From: Myxococcaceae bacterium
GTDB lineage: Bacteria > Myxococcota > Myxococcia > Myxococcales > Myxococcaceae
Direction of reading: 5' to 3'
Assembly (NCBI GenBank): GCA_046351675.1
Contig: JAXLYB010000002.1
Span: 64,001 to 128,000 of the forward strand
Length of the DNA stretch: 64,000 bases
The notes under the pieces were generated by a model. It ran no database searches, was not told where the DNA came from, and was given only the letters and a program-made list of their open reading frames with translations. The position numbers were made by a program, and so were the translations under genes. Positions 33,940 through 42,411 of the stretch are shown in pieces (positions within the stretch are counted from its first letter, which is position 1; each line of letters begins with the position of its first letter).

Positions 33940-34980
33940 GTGAGCGCCGTCCCCCCGCCCGGCCTGGTGTTGCCCGACGCCTGGTTCGTCGCGTGCACGA
34001 GCGACGAACTCCGCACCGCGCCCAAAGCAGTCACCATCCAGGGCCGCCCACTCGTCCTCTTCCGCAACACCAACGGGCAACCCACCGCCCTCGCCGACCG
34101 CTGCCCGCACCGCAACGTCCCGCTCTCGATGGGCCGCGTGGTGCGCGGCGAGCTCGAGTGCGCGTACCACGGCTGGAAGTTCGACCACGCCGGCGCCTGC
34201 ACCTCCGTGCCCGGCCTGATGACGCAAGACCCGAGCCTCAAGAGCCGCTGCGCCGAAGCACACGCCACGCGCGAGCTCGACGGCTTCATCTGGGTCTACT
34301 CGTCCCCCGCACGCGAACCCAAAGACGAGCCCTTCCGCTTCCCGCACCTCGACACGCGCGGCTACACGACGGTGCGCCGTCGCTTCGTGGTCGAGGCCGG
34401 CCTGCACGCCGCGCTCGAGAACACGCTCGACGTGCCGCACACCGCGTACCTCCACGGCGGCCTCTTCCGCACCGAGGAAAAGAAGAACGTCATCGACGTG
34501 GTGGTCCAACGCCACGCGCGTCACGCCGAGGCGCGCTTCATCGGCGAACCCGCACCACGAGGACTCGCCGGCCTCGTCCTCGCCCCGCGCGGAGGCGTGG
34601 TGGAGCACGTCGACCGCTTCCTCCTGCCGTGCATCGCGCAGGTCGAGTACCGCCTCGGCGAGCGCGCACACCTGCTCGCGACGACCGCCTTCACGCCCGC
34701 CAGCGACGACGAGACGCACGTGTTCGCGGTGGTGACGTTGCGGCTCCCGGTGCCGGGCTGGCTGGTGCGCCCCTTCATCGCGCCCATCGCGACCCGCATC
34801 TTCGCGCAGGACCGCGTGATGCTCCGGCGCCAGCGCGAGCAGGTGAAGCGCTTCGGCGGCGAGAAGTACACCAGCACCGAGCTCGACGTGCTCGGGCCGC
34901 AAATCACGCTGCTGCTCAAGCACGCCGCCAACGGCGAAGACGCCACCGCGCACGAGCACCGCCTGCAGATGAGGACCTGA
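33940..34980 (+). CDS. Rieske [2Fe-2S] non-heme iron oxygenase, alpha-subunit-like (class IA/KshA- or phthalate-dioxygenase-like)
   Basis: The Rieske motif is CPHRNVPLS...CAYHGWKF. The mononuclear Fe motif is NTLDVPHTAYLHGG (D-x2-H-x4-H). GTG start at 33940. The stop overlaps the next gene (TGATCATG). Confidence 0.7.
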   Translation: MSAVPPPGLVLPDAWFVACTSDELRTAPKAVTIQGRPLVLFRNTNGQPTALADRCPHRNVPLSMGRVVRGELECAYHGWKFDHAGACTSVPGLMTQDPSLKSRCAEAHATRELDGFIWVYSSPAREPKDEPFRFPHLDTRGYTTVRRRFVVEAGLHAALENTLDVPHTAYLHGGLFRTEEKKNVIDVVVQRHARHAEARFIGEPAPRGLAGLVLAPRGGVVEHVDRFLLPCIAQVEYRLGERAHLLATTAFTPASDDETHVFAVVTLRLPVPGWLVRPFIAPIATRIFAQDRVMLRRQREQVKRFGGEKYTSTELDVLGPQITLLLKHAANGEDATAHEHRLQMRT

Positions 34981-34982
34981 TC

Positions 34983-35630
34983 ATGCCGCCGCTCATCACC
35001 CTGCTCTGCCTCGCCCACGCGCTCGAAGGTGTGCCCGCCACCGGCAAGAGCCCCGCCGAGTTCGCGCCGAAGGGCTGGGCCGTCGAATCGGAGCTGACCG
35101 CCGAGCTGAACGGCGACGCGCTGCCCGACCGCGTGGTGGTGTTGCTCCAGGTCGCGCACGGAGACGACGAGCGTCACCGCGCCTTGCTCTGGCTCCACGG
35201 CACGAAGGACGGCGGCTTCGAGCTCATCGACAGCAACGTGGGCCTGCTCGCGCCGCTCAACGGCCTCGGCATGAAGGGCGGCACCGCGGAGCCCGAGCTC
35301 GAGCTCAACAAGAACGTGCTCAACGTCAGCAACTGGGGTGGCTCGGCCGACAGCTACGGCTCGACGCACCGCTTTCGCTTCGAGAAGGGCGTGGTGCGCC
35401 TCATCGGCGTCGACAAGAGCAACATGAACACGCTCACCATGGAGGAGAGCGGCACCAGCACCAACCTCGTCACCGGCGCGAGCGAGTCGTACTGGAACCC
35501 GCCGCAAGACGACGGCACCGGCCAGCCCACCGGCAAGAAGGGGTGGAAGAAGAAGACGAAGGTGGCCGTCGGTGCGCCCCAACGCCTCCGCGACGTCGTG
35601 GAATACGACCGCGACGCGCCCGTGCGGTAG
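34983..35630 (+). CDS. hypothetical secreted protein
   Basis: ATG 34983 gives MPPLITLLCLAHALEGVPA, which is signal-like. 215 aa, with a Lys-rich C-terminal region. It is tightly coupled to the Rieske gene. Confidence 0.5.
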   Translation: MPPLITLLCLAHALEGVPATGKSPAEFAPKGWAVESELTAELNGDALPDRVVVLLQVAHGDDERHRALLWLHGTKDGGFELIDSNVGLLAPLNGLGMKGGTAEPELELNKNVLNVSNWGGSADSYGSTHRFRFEKGVVRLIGVDKSNMNTLTMEESGTSTNLVTGASESYWNPPQDDGTGQPTGKKGWKKKTKVAVGAPQRLRDVVEYDRDAPVR

Positions 35631-35639
35631 AACGAGCAC

Positions 35640-36407
35640 GTGAAGTTCGTCTGCCCGGCGTGCGAGCGCCTCCTCGAGCTCGAGCAGTTTCGCTTCGACC
35701 CGCCCGCGCTGGTGGTGAGTTGCTCGCGGTGTGGCGTCGAGTCGCGCCTCACGCCCGGCGCTGGTCGCACCGAAGCTGCTGCGCCCCCGGCCGCGCTCCC
35801 CGACACCCGCTTTCCGCCGCGCGTCTCGCTCGAGTCTGCCGAGGGCGCGAGCAACGTGGTGGTGCTGAAGACCGCCTCGCACGACGCCGTGCGCCGCGCC
35901 GCCGAGGCCGCTGCGAACCCGTTCGCGATCCCCGATGGGCTGTGCCCCAAGTGCCTCGTGCGCCGCAACGGAGACGCCGAGTGCCGCAACTGCGGGCTGC
36001 GCTTCGACGGCTTCGACGAGAACGCGATGCTCCCGCCGAAGGTGCTGCGCGACGACTGGGTGGGCTTGCTCGGCGAGTGGGGCAACGAGCAGCGGCACGC
36101 GCTCTTCCGCCGCAAGGCGCAGCAGCTCGACGCGCTCGCCGCGGTCGGCCGGCTCTACCGCCTGCGCCAGGCGCACTTCCCCGAAGACCCGCTCGCCGCC
36201 GCCGCGCTCTCGGACATCTTGCGCATCGCCGCGGTGCCGATGGGGCTGCCGCGCACCGACGAGGGCTCCGAGCAGCGCCGCCGCACCATCGTGCTCACGG
36301 CCGCCATCGTGGTGGTCATCTTGCTCCTGGGGCTGCTCGTGAAGGTGCTGTTCGGCGGGCCGCCGCCGAACAGCGTGCTTCCGCCGCCGCCCGTACCGCC
36401 GGGGTGA
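35640..36407 (+). CDS. zinc-ribbon protein with C-terminal transmembrane segment
   Basis: GTG start. MKFVCPACERLLE...CSRCG and CPKCLVRRNGDAECRNCG form two CxxC...CxxC ribbons. The TM helix is IVLTAAIVVVILLLGLLVKVLF, followed by a Pro-rich tail. Confidence 0.5.
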   Translation: MKFVCPACERLLELEQFRFDPPALVVSCSRCGVESRLTPGAGRTEAAAPPAALPDTRFPPRVSLESAEGASNVVVLKTASHDAVRRAAEAAANPFAIPDGLCPKCLVRRNGDAECRNCGLRFDGFDENAMLPPKVLRDDWVGLLGEWGNEQRHALFRRKAQQLDALAAVGRLYRLRQAHFPEDPLAAAALSDILRIAAVPMGLPRTDEGSEQRRRTIVLTAAIVVVILLLGLLVKVLFGGPPPNSVLPPPPVPPG

Positions 36408-36997
36408 GCGCGCTCGACGACAGGGCGTGGCTCGTCATCGCCGACCGCTTCACCGAGGCCGGCAACCCGCTGGGCGAGTACATCGTGCTCGAGCTGCGAC
36501 ATGGCGAGGACATGCCCGTGCGCGAGACACGGCGTCAGCGCCAACTGGTGCGCGAGTGGAACAGCAGCTTCGCGCCATGGTCGAAGTTCGTCGCCTGGTC
36601 GACCGCGCGACTGACGCTGCGATTCAAGGACAGCGCCACGGTGCTCGCACACGCGCGTGAGCTGAAGGACCTCGCCGTGCCGCTCGAGCTGGAGATCGGC
36701 GACGGCAGCCGCTCGCTGCAACGCTGCGTCTTCGACGAGGGCTTCACCCGCCTCGCGTGGACCGAGGAGACGAGCAGCGTCGAAAACCAGAACCACTCGC
36801 CCGGCATGGACGAGACCTGGCACCACTGGACCGCCGTGAAGGTGTGGCGCGTCGCCGACGGAGTGCTGCTCTACGCCGGCGGAGTCGAAGGCCGCGCGCG
36901 CGTCGAGCTGCGGCCGGACGGGGTGTGGGCGCTCGAGAACGGACGCGCCCAGCACCTTCATCCCCCTCTCCCCCCGTGGGGGAGAGGGTTGGGGTGA
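36404..36997 (+). CDS. TIGR02996 repeat-companion-domain protein (LV.AD...E.G.P.GE.I.L motif)
   Basis: The GTG start overlaps the upstream stop (GTGA). The N-terminus LDDRAWLVIADRFTEAGNPLGEYIVLELRHGE matches the TIGR02996 signature (pRLVYADWLEE.GDP.RAEFIRLQ). The last ~10 codons and the TGA come from a palindromic repeat. Confidence 0.5.
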   Translation: MSALDDRAWLVIADRFTEAGNPLGEYIVLELRHGEDMPVRETRRQRQLVREWNSSFAPWSKFVAWSTARLTLRFKDSATVLAHARELKDLAVPLELEIGDGSRSLQRCVFDEGFTRLAWTEETSSVENQNHSPGMDETWHHWTAVKVWRVADGVLLYAGGVEGRARVELRPDGVWALENGRAQHLHPPLPPWGRGLG

Positions 36998-37069
36998 GGG
37001 GAAATCCGACGATGGCGCTGCGACGGTTTACTCCTCACCCCGACCCTCTCCTCTGAGGAGGAGAGGGAG
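36962..37069. repeat. inverted pair of palindromic repeat units (CCCC/GGGG stem variant at 36962..37005; canonical unit at 37029..37069)
   Basis: CCCCTCTCCCCCCGTGGGGGAGAGGGTTGGGGTGAGGGG ... CTCCTCACCCCGACCCTCTCCTCTGAGGAGGAGAGGGAG. It lies between convergent gene ends. Confidence 0.85.
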
Positions 37070-37075
37070 ACGACC

Positions 37076-38434
37076 TCAGTTCTCGGGATACGCCGTCCAG
37101 CCGGTGGTCCAGTCGTCGGTGCCGACCGCGCCCACGAACGTCGCGCTCGAATCGAAGAACCCGTCGCTCGGCGGCGTCGCGCCCCCCATCAGCGCCGGCG
37201 AATCCGCGAGCGGCTTGAAGACCGGCGCCGTGACGTTGGTCGCCGCGACGAGCTTCGGGTCGATGTCGAGGCGGTTGTTGAGCGACGGCGCCTGCATCGC
37301 GCTCAGCTCATCGAACATGTTGTCGCTCACGCCACCGTCCGCCAGCGCGGGCGCGTGGTAGTCGACGACGCCGTTCACCGGGTTCTGGAAGAAGATGGAG
37401 TTCTTCACCGCGAGCGCCCCCATCGACCACTGCTCCTTCGACGGGTTGCCGTTCACGATGAGCCCCGTGTCGGTGAAGTTGGTGACGACGACGTTGTGCA
37501 GCAGCCCCGCGGTGCCCGCGCGCAAGATGATGCCGCGCGAAGGACCTTCCGACGCCGCCATGTCCGGGTTCCGGCCGACGAGCGTGACGTTGTAGAGCAC
37601 CGGCGCGCTGCGGGGCATGAGGTCGGCGTTGGTCGCGTCGTTGTCGGCCTCGATGCCGTGGTTGCCGCGCCCGGGGACCTGCGCCGCGATGACGAACTGC
37701 GCCTTGCCGCGCCAGCCCTTGTCCCAGTCGAGGCCGTCGTCGTCGCTGCCGGTGATGACGAGGTGCTTCATGTTCACCGTGCCACCGAACAGCTCGATGC
37801 CGTCGTCGACGCCGCGGTGCACCTGCACGAAGTCGATGGTGGTGCCGCTGCCGCACCCGTTGAGCGTGATGCCGTTGAGCTCGTTGTTCGCCGAGAGGGG
37901 ACGGCCGGCGAACTCCACGCGCACGTACTTGAGCGTGCCGCAGTCGTAGGCGTCGTCGGTGCCGCCGTACTTGTTCTTCGGATCATCGACGAGGCCTTCG
38001 GCGTTGCCCTCGCCGCCCATGGTGTTGATCACCGCGCGCCCGAGGAACACCAGGCCGCCCCAGTCACCCTGCACGCTGCCGCGCTGGCCGGCCGGCAGGC
38101 TCGAGGTGAAGACGATGGGCTCGCTCGCCGTACCCGCCGCCACCAGCTTCGCGCCGCGCGAGACGATGAGCGCCGACGCCGCGTCACCCGCGATGGTGGT
38201 GCCCGGCTGAATCGTCAGCGTCGCGCCCGTCACGTAGGTGAGCTGCTTCAAGATGTAGACGTGGTCCTTCGTCCACGTGGTGTCGGTGGTGATGTCAGCC
38301 GTCACGTCGATGGTCGCCGACGCGCCACCACCTCCGCCCGCACCGCCACCCGTACCGCCATCGGGGGTCACGGTCGCAGGGCACGCCAACAACAACGTCG
38401 AGACACACAGCGCCAGCAGCAGCTTCGCGTTCAT
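37076..38434 (-). CDS. secreted lipoprotein, probable right-handed beta-helix fold, co-transcribed downstream of the TonB-dependent receptor
   Basis: ATG (cat 38432..38434) gives MNAKLLLALCVSTLLLACP with a lipobox. This start overlaps the receptor stop as ATGA. The protein is rich in G/D/N/T with repeated turn-like segments. ORF 37076..38710 is open upstream, but that part is antisense to the receptor's 3' end. Confidence 0.6.
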   Translation of the reverse strand: MNAKLLLALCVSTLLLACPATVTPDGGTGGGAGGGGGASATIDVTADITTDTTWTKDHVYILKQLTYVTGATLTIQPGTTIAGDAASALIVSRGAKLVAAGTASEPIVFTSSLPAGQRGSVQGDWGGLVFLGRAVINTMGGEGNAEGLVDDPKNKYGGTDDAYDCGTLKYVRVEFAGRPLSANNELNGITLNGCGSGTTIDFVQVHRGVDDGIELFGGTVNMKHLVITGSDDDGLDWDKGWRGKAQFVIAAQVPGRGNHGIEADNDATNADLMPRSAPVLYNVTLVGRNPDMAASEGPSRGIILRAGTAGLLHNVVVTNFTDTGLIVNGNPSKEQWSMGALAVKNSIFFQNPVNGVVDYHAPALADGGVSDNMFDELSAMQAPSLNNRLDIDPKLVAATNVTAPVFKPLADSPALMGGATPPSDGFFDSSATFVGAVGTDDWTTGWTAYPEN

Positions 38435-41400
38435 TTCTTCTCCTCGGTGAGGTTCCAGGAAAGGGTCGCCATGAACTGCACGCCCGGTGGGTTGACGAGC
38501 ACGTCCACGCCGTTCTGTTGAAACCTGACGGCCTGGTTGAGCACGTTGGCCGCGGACACCTTGAGCGACAGGCCCGCGGGCAGAGGCTGGGTCACGGTGA
38601 CGTCCAGCCGGTGGAAGGGCTGCTCGACGATGTCGGGCAACCCGTTGAAGCCCACGTCGGAAATGCGCGGGCCGTACACGTTGTAGAAGACGCCGAGCTC
38701 GGTGCCCCACGTCGGGTGCGCCACGGTGACGAACGCGTTGGCGATGAAGGGCGACTGACCCTGCAGCGGCCGCGCGGAGTTCGTCTGCGGCGAGTTCGGG
38801 TCGAGCTGAATGCGCGACCAGATGAGCGAGAGGTTGCCGCCCACCGTCACCGGCTTCAGCGCGGGCGAGAAACGCGAGAGGTTGCTGCGCGCCTCGAGCT
38901 CACCGCCGATGAGCGTCGCCGCCTTCGAGTTGCGGAACGTCACGTCGCCCGCCAGCGAGCTGGTGCCGTAGATGACGCGCTCGATGGGCTGCTCGAACTG
39001 CTTGGCGAACGCGCTCACCGCGATGACGTCGCTCTCGCCCAGGAACCACTCGCCGCGCAGGTCCATGTTGTGGATGCGCGTGTTGACGAGGTCGGGGTTG
39101 CCGCTGACGTTGCGGCGGCGAACCATGTCGAAGAAGAGGAACGGCGCCAGCTCGCGGAAGCTCGGCCGCGCGAGCGTGTACGCGTACGAGGCCCGCAGGT
39201 TGAGCGCGCTGGTCGGCGACCACACCACGTTGGCGGTCGGCACCACGTCGACGCGCTGGCGCGCCACGCTCGGAATGCCCGCCGACACGCCCGTCGCGAA
39301 CGGAGAGCCACCCACCAGCGTCTGCGTCGAGCCCTCGACCCGCACTCCCGCGAGCGCGCGCAGCGTGGGCAGCGGCTTCCACTCGGTGCTGACGTACCCG
39401 CCGTAGACCGCGAGCGACGCGGAGTAGCGGTCGTACGCCTGCGTCGTCTCCTCGAGCGTGAGCACCTGGTCGCCGGTCACCGGAGGACCGAAGCGCTCGG
39501 GCACCAGCAGCTCCTCGAGCGGGTACTTCTCGAGCTCGGCGCTCAGCCGGCCGAGGTAGCGGAAGCGGCGCCCGTCGAAGCTTCGCCCCGAGACCTGCCC
39601 CAGGCCGCCCGCCTTGAACTTGAAGCTGCGCCACGGGACGGTGAGGTTGAGCGTGCCGCCGCCCTGGTCTTCGTGGAGCGTGAGGAAGAAGCGCTCCACC
39701 GAGTTGGGCTGAATGCGCACCTGCGTGCTGCCATCGGCGTTCACCATGTACCGCGCGTCGCGAATGTCGGGCTCGTCGCGGTTGACGCGCGAGTAGTTGA
39801 GCTGCCACTCGAGCTCCGCGTCGCCGAGCGTGGGGAAGCGGTGCGTGCCCTTGAGCTGGTTGAAGAAGAGCTGGCGCGCGGTGAACTGCAGGCGGCTGCC
39901 GGTGACGTTCTGCGTTTCCTGCTGGTCGAAGCCGGCGCTGGTGGTGGCGCTGGTGTCGGCGTTGAAGAGATAGAGGCCGAGTGCGCTGATCTCGTGGTGG
40001 CGATCGAGCTGCAGCCCGGCGTTGAGCAACGCGCTGGTGGCACCACTCACGGTGCCAATCTGCGTCGTGAAGTCGCTCTCGCCCGCGTCGAGGCTGATGG
40101 TGCGCACCTGCAGCACCTGCCGCCGCTCGCGCCGTGAAATCTGGCCCGACGCGAGGAAGCCGAGCTTCGCCTCGCGCCCCAGCGAGAACGTGTCGCCCGC
40201 GGTGAAGCCGAACGTGCCCGACGGGAGGCTGTTCACGACGCCCGGGGTCCACCGCTGGCTGAAGGCCGACGCCGCCGCCTTTTGGACGTCAGCGCCGACG
40301 CCCGAGCCACCGATGCGCGCGGGCACCAGCGGTTGATCAGCCGGAATCGCCGAGGGCAGCGCGCGCGAGGCGTTCGCGAAGCCGATCGACTCCAGCGCCG
40401 TCGAGGCCTCGTTGGGCCGCGCCTGGAACGTCGTCATCGTGTCGCCCGACACCTGCGCGCGCAGCTTCACCTCGAGCTTGGTGGGGAAGGTGTTGGTGTC
40501 GATGGTCACCGAGCCGCCCGCGAAGGTGGCGGGCAGCTCCGGCGTGTAGGTCTTGATGACGTTCAAGTTCGACAGCAGCCCGACAGGAAAGAGGTCGAGC
40601 GGCACCGAGGGCTCGTCCGGTTCCGGGCTCGGCATCAGCGTGCTGTTGAGCAGCGTCTGCGTGTAACGGCCGCCCAGCCCGCGAATGAAGACGTACTTGC
40701 CGTCGACCAGCGTCGCGCCGACCACGCGCTTCACCGCGTCGCCGGCGTTCGAGTCCGGCGTCTTGGCGATGGCCTGCGCGCCGAGCGAGTCCTGCGCGAC
40801 GACGGCCTTCTTGCGTTCCTGCACCAGCGCCGCCTCGTTGCGCTTGTCGACCTTCGCCTCGACGACGACTTCCTGCACCGCCTTCGCGTCGCGCGAGAGC
40901 GCGACGTCGAGCGGCACCGCCTCGCCCGGCTTCACCACCACGCCGGTCAGCTTGCGGCCCTCGTACAGCTCGTAGAACACGCGCAGGTCGTACGTGCCTG
41001 GCGGGAGCTTCAGCTTGAAGTTGCCGTCGACGTCGGTGAGCGCCGACTTCTTGATGGGGCCGGCGAGGACCTTGATGGTCGCCTCGATGAGCCCCTCGCC
41101 GGTGCGAGCGTCGATGACGCGGCCGCGAACGCCGACGAACGCCTTGCCCGAAGGCGAAGGCGGCGGAACGACGGAACTGAGCTCCCTCTCCCCCGCGGGG
41201 GAGAGGGTCGGGGTGAGGGGAAGAAGTCCGGCGTCGACCGCCGAACTGAGCTCCGTGAGGGGAAGCACCAACCCGCCATCGGCCCCCGCGTCGACCGCCG
41301 AACTGATCTCCCTCTCCCCCGCGGGGGAGAGGGTCGGGGGAAAAACCGACGCGCCAGCGACTCCCGAGTCGACCACCGATGGCAGCACGCCCGCGTCGTC

Positions 41401-41460
41401 GAGCGACTGCGCCCGCACCGCCACCGACGTCACCAGCACCGCGAGGAAGACCGTTCGCAC
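38431..41460 (-). CDS. TonB-dependent outer-membrane receptor with N-terminal carboxypeptidase-regulatory-like domain (Oar-like)
   Basis: 1009 aa. Signal peptide MRTVFLAVLVTSVAVRAQS, then the CarbopepD_reg-like domain (GRVIDARTGEGLIEATIKV). The C-terminus ends ...LSWNLTEEKK with a terminal aromatic-region barrel. Two palindromic repeat copies lie in frame between the signal peptide and the first domain. Confidence 0.8.
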   Translation of the reverse strand: MRTVFLAVLVTSVAVRAQSLDDAGVLPSVVDSGVAGASVFPPTLSPAGEREISSAVDAGADGGLVLPLTELSSAVDAGLLPLTPTLSPAGERELSSVVPPPSPSGKAFVGVRGRVIDARTGEGLIEATIKVLAGPIKKSALTDVDGNFKLKLPPGTYDLRVFYELYEGRKLTGVVVKPGEAVPLDVALSRDAKAVQEVVVEAKVDKRNEAALVQERKKAVVAQDSLGAQAIAKTPDSNAGDAVKRVVGATLVDGKYVFIRGLGGRYTQTLLNSTLMPSPEPDEPSVPLDLFPVGLLSNLNVIKTYTPELPATFAGGSVTIDTNTFPTKLEVKLRAQVSGDTMTTFQARPNEASTALESIGFANASRALPSAIPADQPLVPARIGGSGVGADVQKAAASAFSQRWTPGVVNSLPSGTFGFTAGDTFSLGREAKLGFLASGQISRRERRQVLQVRTISLDAGESDFTTQIGTVSGATSALLNAGLQLDRHHEISALGLYLFNADTSATTSAGFDQQETQNVTGSRLQFTARQLFFNQLKGTHRFPTLGDAELEWQLNYSRVNRDEPDIRDARYMVNADGSTQVRIQPNSVERFFLTLHEDQGGGTLNLTVPWRSFKFKAGGLGQVSGRSFDGRRFRYLGRLSAELEKYPLEELLVPERFGPPVTGDQVLTLEETTQAYDRYSASLAVYGGYVSTEWKPLPTLRALAGVRVEGSTQTLVGGSPFATGVSAGIPSVARQRVDVVPTANVVWSPTSALNLRASYAYTLARPSFRELAPFLFFDMVRRRNVSGNPDLVNTRIHNMDLRGEWFLGESDVIAVSAFAKQFEQPIERVIYGTSSLAGDVTFRNSKAATLIGGELEARSNLSRFSPALKPVTVGGNLSLIWSRIQLDPNSPQTNSARPLQGQSPFIANAFVTVAHPTWGTELGVFYNVYGPRISDVGFNGLPDIVEQPFHRLDVTVTQPLPAGLSLKVSAANVLNQAVRFQQNGVDVLVNPPGVQFMATLSWNLTEEKK
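41181..41220. repeat. palindromic repeat unit (CCCC/GGGG stem variant) in frame inside the receptor ORF
   Basis: GCTCCCTCTCCCCCGCGGGGGAGAGGGTCGGGGTGAGGGG. In the receptor frame it translates to PLTPTLSPAGERELSS. Confidence 0.85.
41307..41340. repeat. second in-frame palindromic repeat unit inside the receptor ORF, flanked by a duplicated AACTGA(G/T)CTCC junction
   Basis: TCTCCCTCTCCCCCGCGGGGGAGAGGGTCGGGGG. In the receptor frame it translates to PTLSPAGEREISS. Confidence 0.85.
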
Positions 41461-41528
41461 GCCGCGCCTTGTGCGCTCTTCGCGTGGCGCCTTTCGGGCG
41501 CGAGCGTCAATTCACTGCGCCAGTCGCG

Positions 41529-41969
41529 TCACGGCTCCGCAACGACCGGCTCAGCGAGCACCGCGAGCGTCTCCACGCCGCCGCCGCGCACCTGGTCCAT
41601 CACCTCGAGCGCGCGCCCGTAATCCATCGCGGAATCGGCATCGAAGAACACGACCTTGTCCGGCCGCGCGTTGAGCATGCGCACCAGCCGCGCGTTCAAG
41701 TCCGCGCGCGCGATGGCCTCGCCGTTCACCTTCGTCGTGCCGTCGCCGTCCACCGTGAGCACGAGCGGCGGCAGCGCATCCGGCGGAGGCGGCGGCTGGT
41801 TCTCCTCGGGCTTCGGCGGCACGTTGAGCCACACCTGCTTGCTGAGCATCGGCGTGACGACCATGAAGATGATCAACAGCACCAGCACCACGTCGACCAG
41901 CGGCGTGATGTTCATCTGCGGCCGAATGCGCTTCTTGCCGCCCTTGCCGTCGTCGAGTTCGACACCCAT
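41529..41969 (-). CDS. exbD: ExbD/TolR biopolymer transport protein
   Basis: Start at MGVELDDGKGGKKRIRPQMNITPLVDVVLVLLIIFMVV (cat 41967..41969), followed by the periplasmic domain. The longer ORF to 42125 is rejected. Confidence 0.75.
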   Translation of the reverse strand: MGVELDDGKGGKKRIRPQMNITPLVDVVLVLLIIFMVVTPMLSKQVWLNVPPKPEENQPPPPPDALPPLVLTVDGDGTTKVNGEAIARADLNARLVRMLNARPDKVVFFDADSAMDYGRALEVMDQVRGGGVETLAVLAEPVVAEP

Positions 41970-41973
41970 TTCT

Positions 41974-42408
41974 TCACCCGTGGTTCTGGTTCGCGCGGTC
42001 GATGACCTGCAGCGCCGCGCCGGGAAACCCGATCTCCTGGCACCGCTTGAACATCGCGCGCACCTTCCCGTACGCGACCGCGGCATCGGCCTTGAGCACC
42101 ACGCGCGCGCTCGGCTTGTCGGCATGCAGCTTCGTCAACCGCGCCACCAACTCATCCTCCGCGACCTGCTCCTTCTCGAAGAACAGCCGCCCGTCCTTCG
42201 TGAGCGTGACGGTGGTCGGCTCGAGCGCGCCGTTGCCCTGGTCGGGGTTGAGAATCGACGGCAGCGTCACCGCGGCGCCCGCTTCCATCTGCGGCGCGAC
42301 GACCATGAAGATGATCAACAGCACCAGCACCACGTCGACGAGCGGCGTGATGTTGATGTCTGGTTTGGCGCCCGCGCGCCGCGTGGTCGAAGGAACGTCA
42401 GCCGCCAT
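41974..42408 (-). CDS. exbD: ExbD/TolR biopolymer transport protein (second copy)
   Basis: DINITPLVDVVLVLLIIFMVVAP is the ExbD TM signature. 144 aa. Confidence 0.8.
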   Translation of the reverse strand: MAADVPSTTRRAGAKPDINITPLVDVVLVLLIIFMVVAPQMEAGAAVTLPSILNPDQGNGALEPTTVTLTKDGRLFFEKEQVAEDELVARLTKLHADKPSARVVLKADAAVAYGKVRAMFKRCQEIGFPGAALQVIDRANQNHG

Positions 42409-42411
42409 GAC

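Noticed and set aside
32134-34959. 941-aa minus-strand ORF
   Set aside because: It is antisense to the VWA and Rieske genes, which have strong motifs on the plus strand.
34521-36176. 551-aa minus-strand ORF and the N-terminal part of plus ORF 33846..35630
   Set aside because: The first is antisense to the Rieske operon and the second is out of frame with it. The plus ORF only becomes meaningful from the ATG at 34983.
38518-40252. 539-aa plus and 450-aa minus ORFs inside the TonB-dependent receptor
   Set aside because: They are alternative-frame and antisense ORFs within a well-supported 1009-aa receptor gene.
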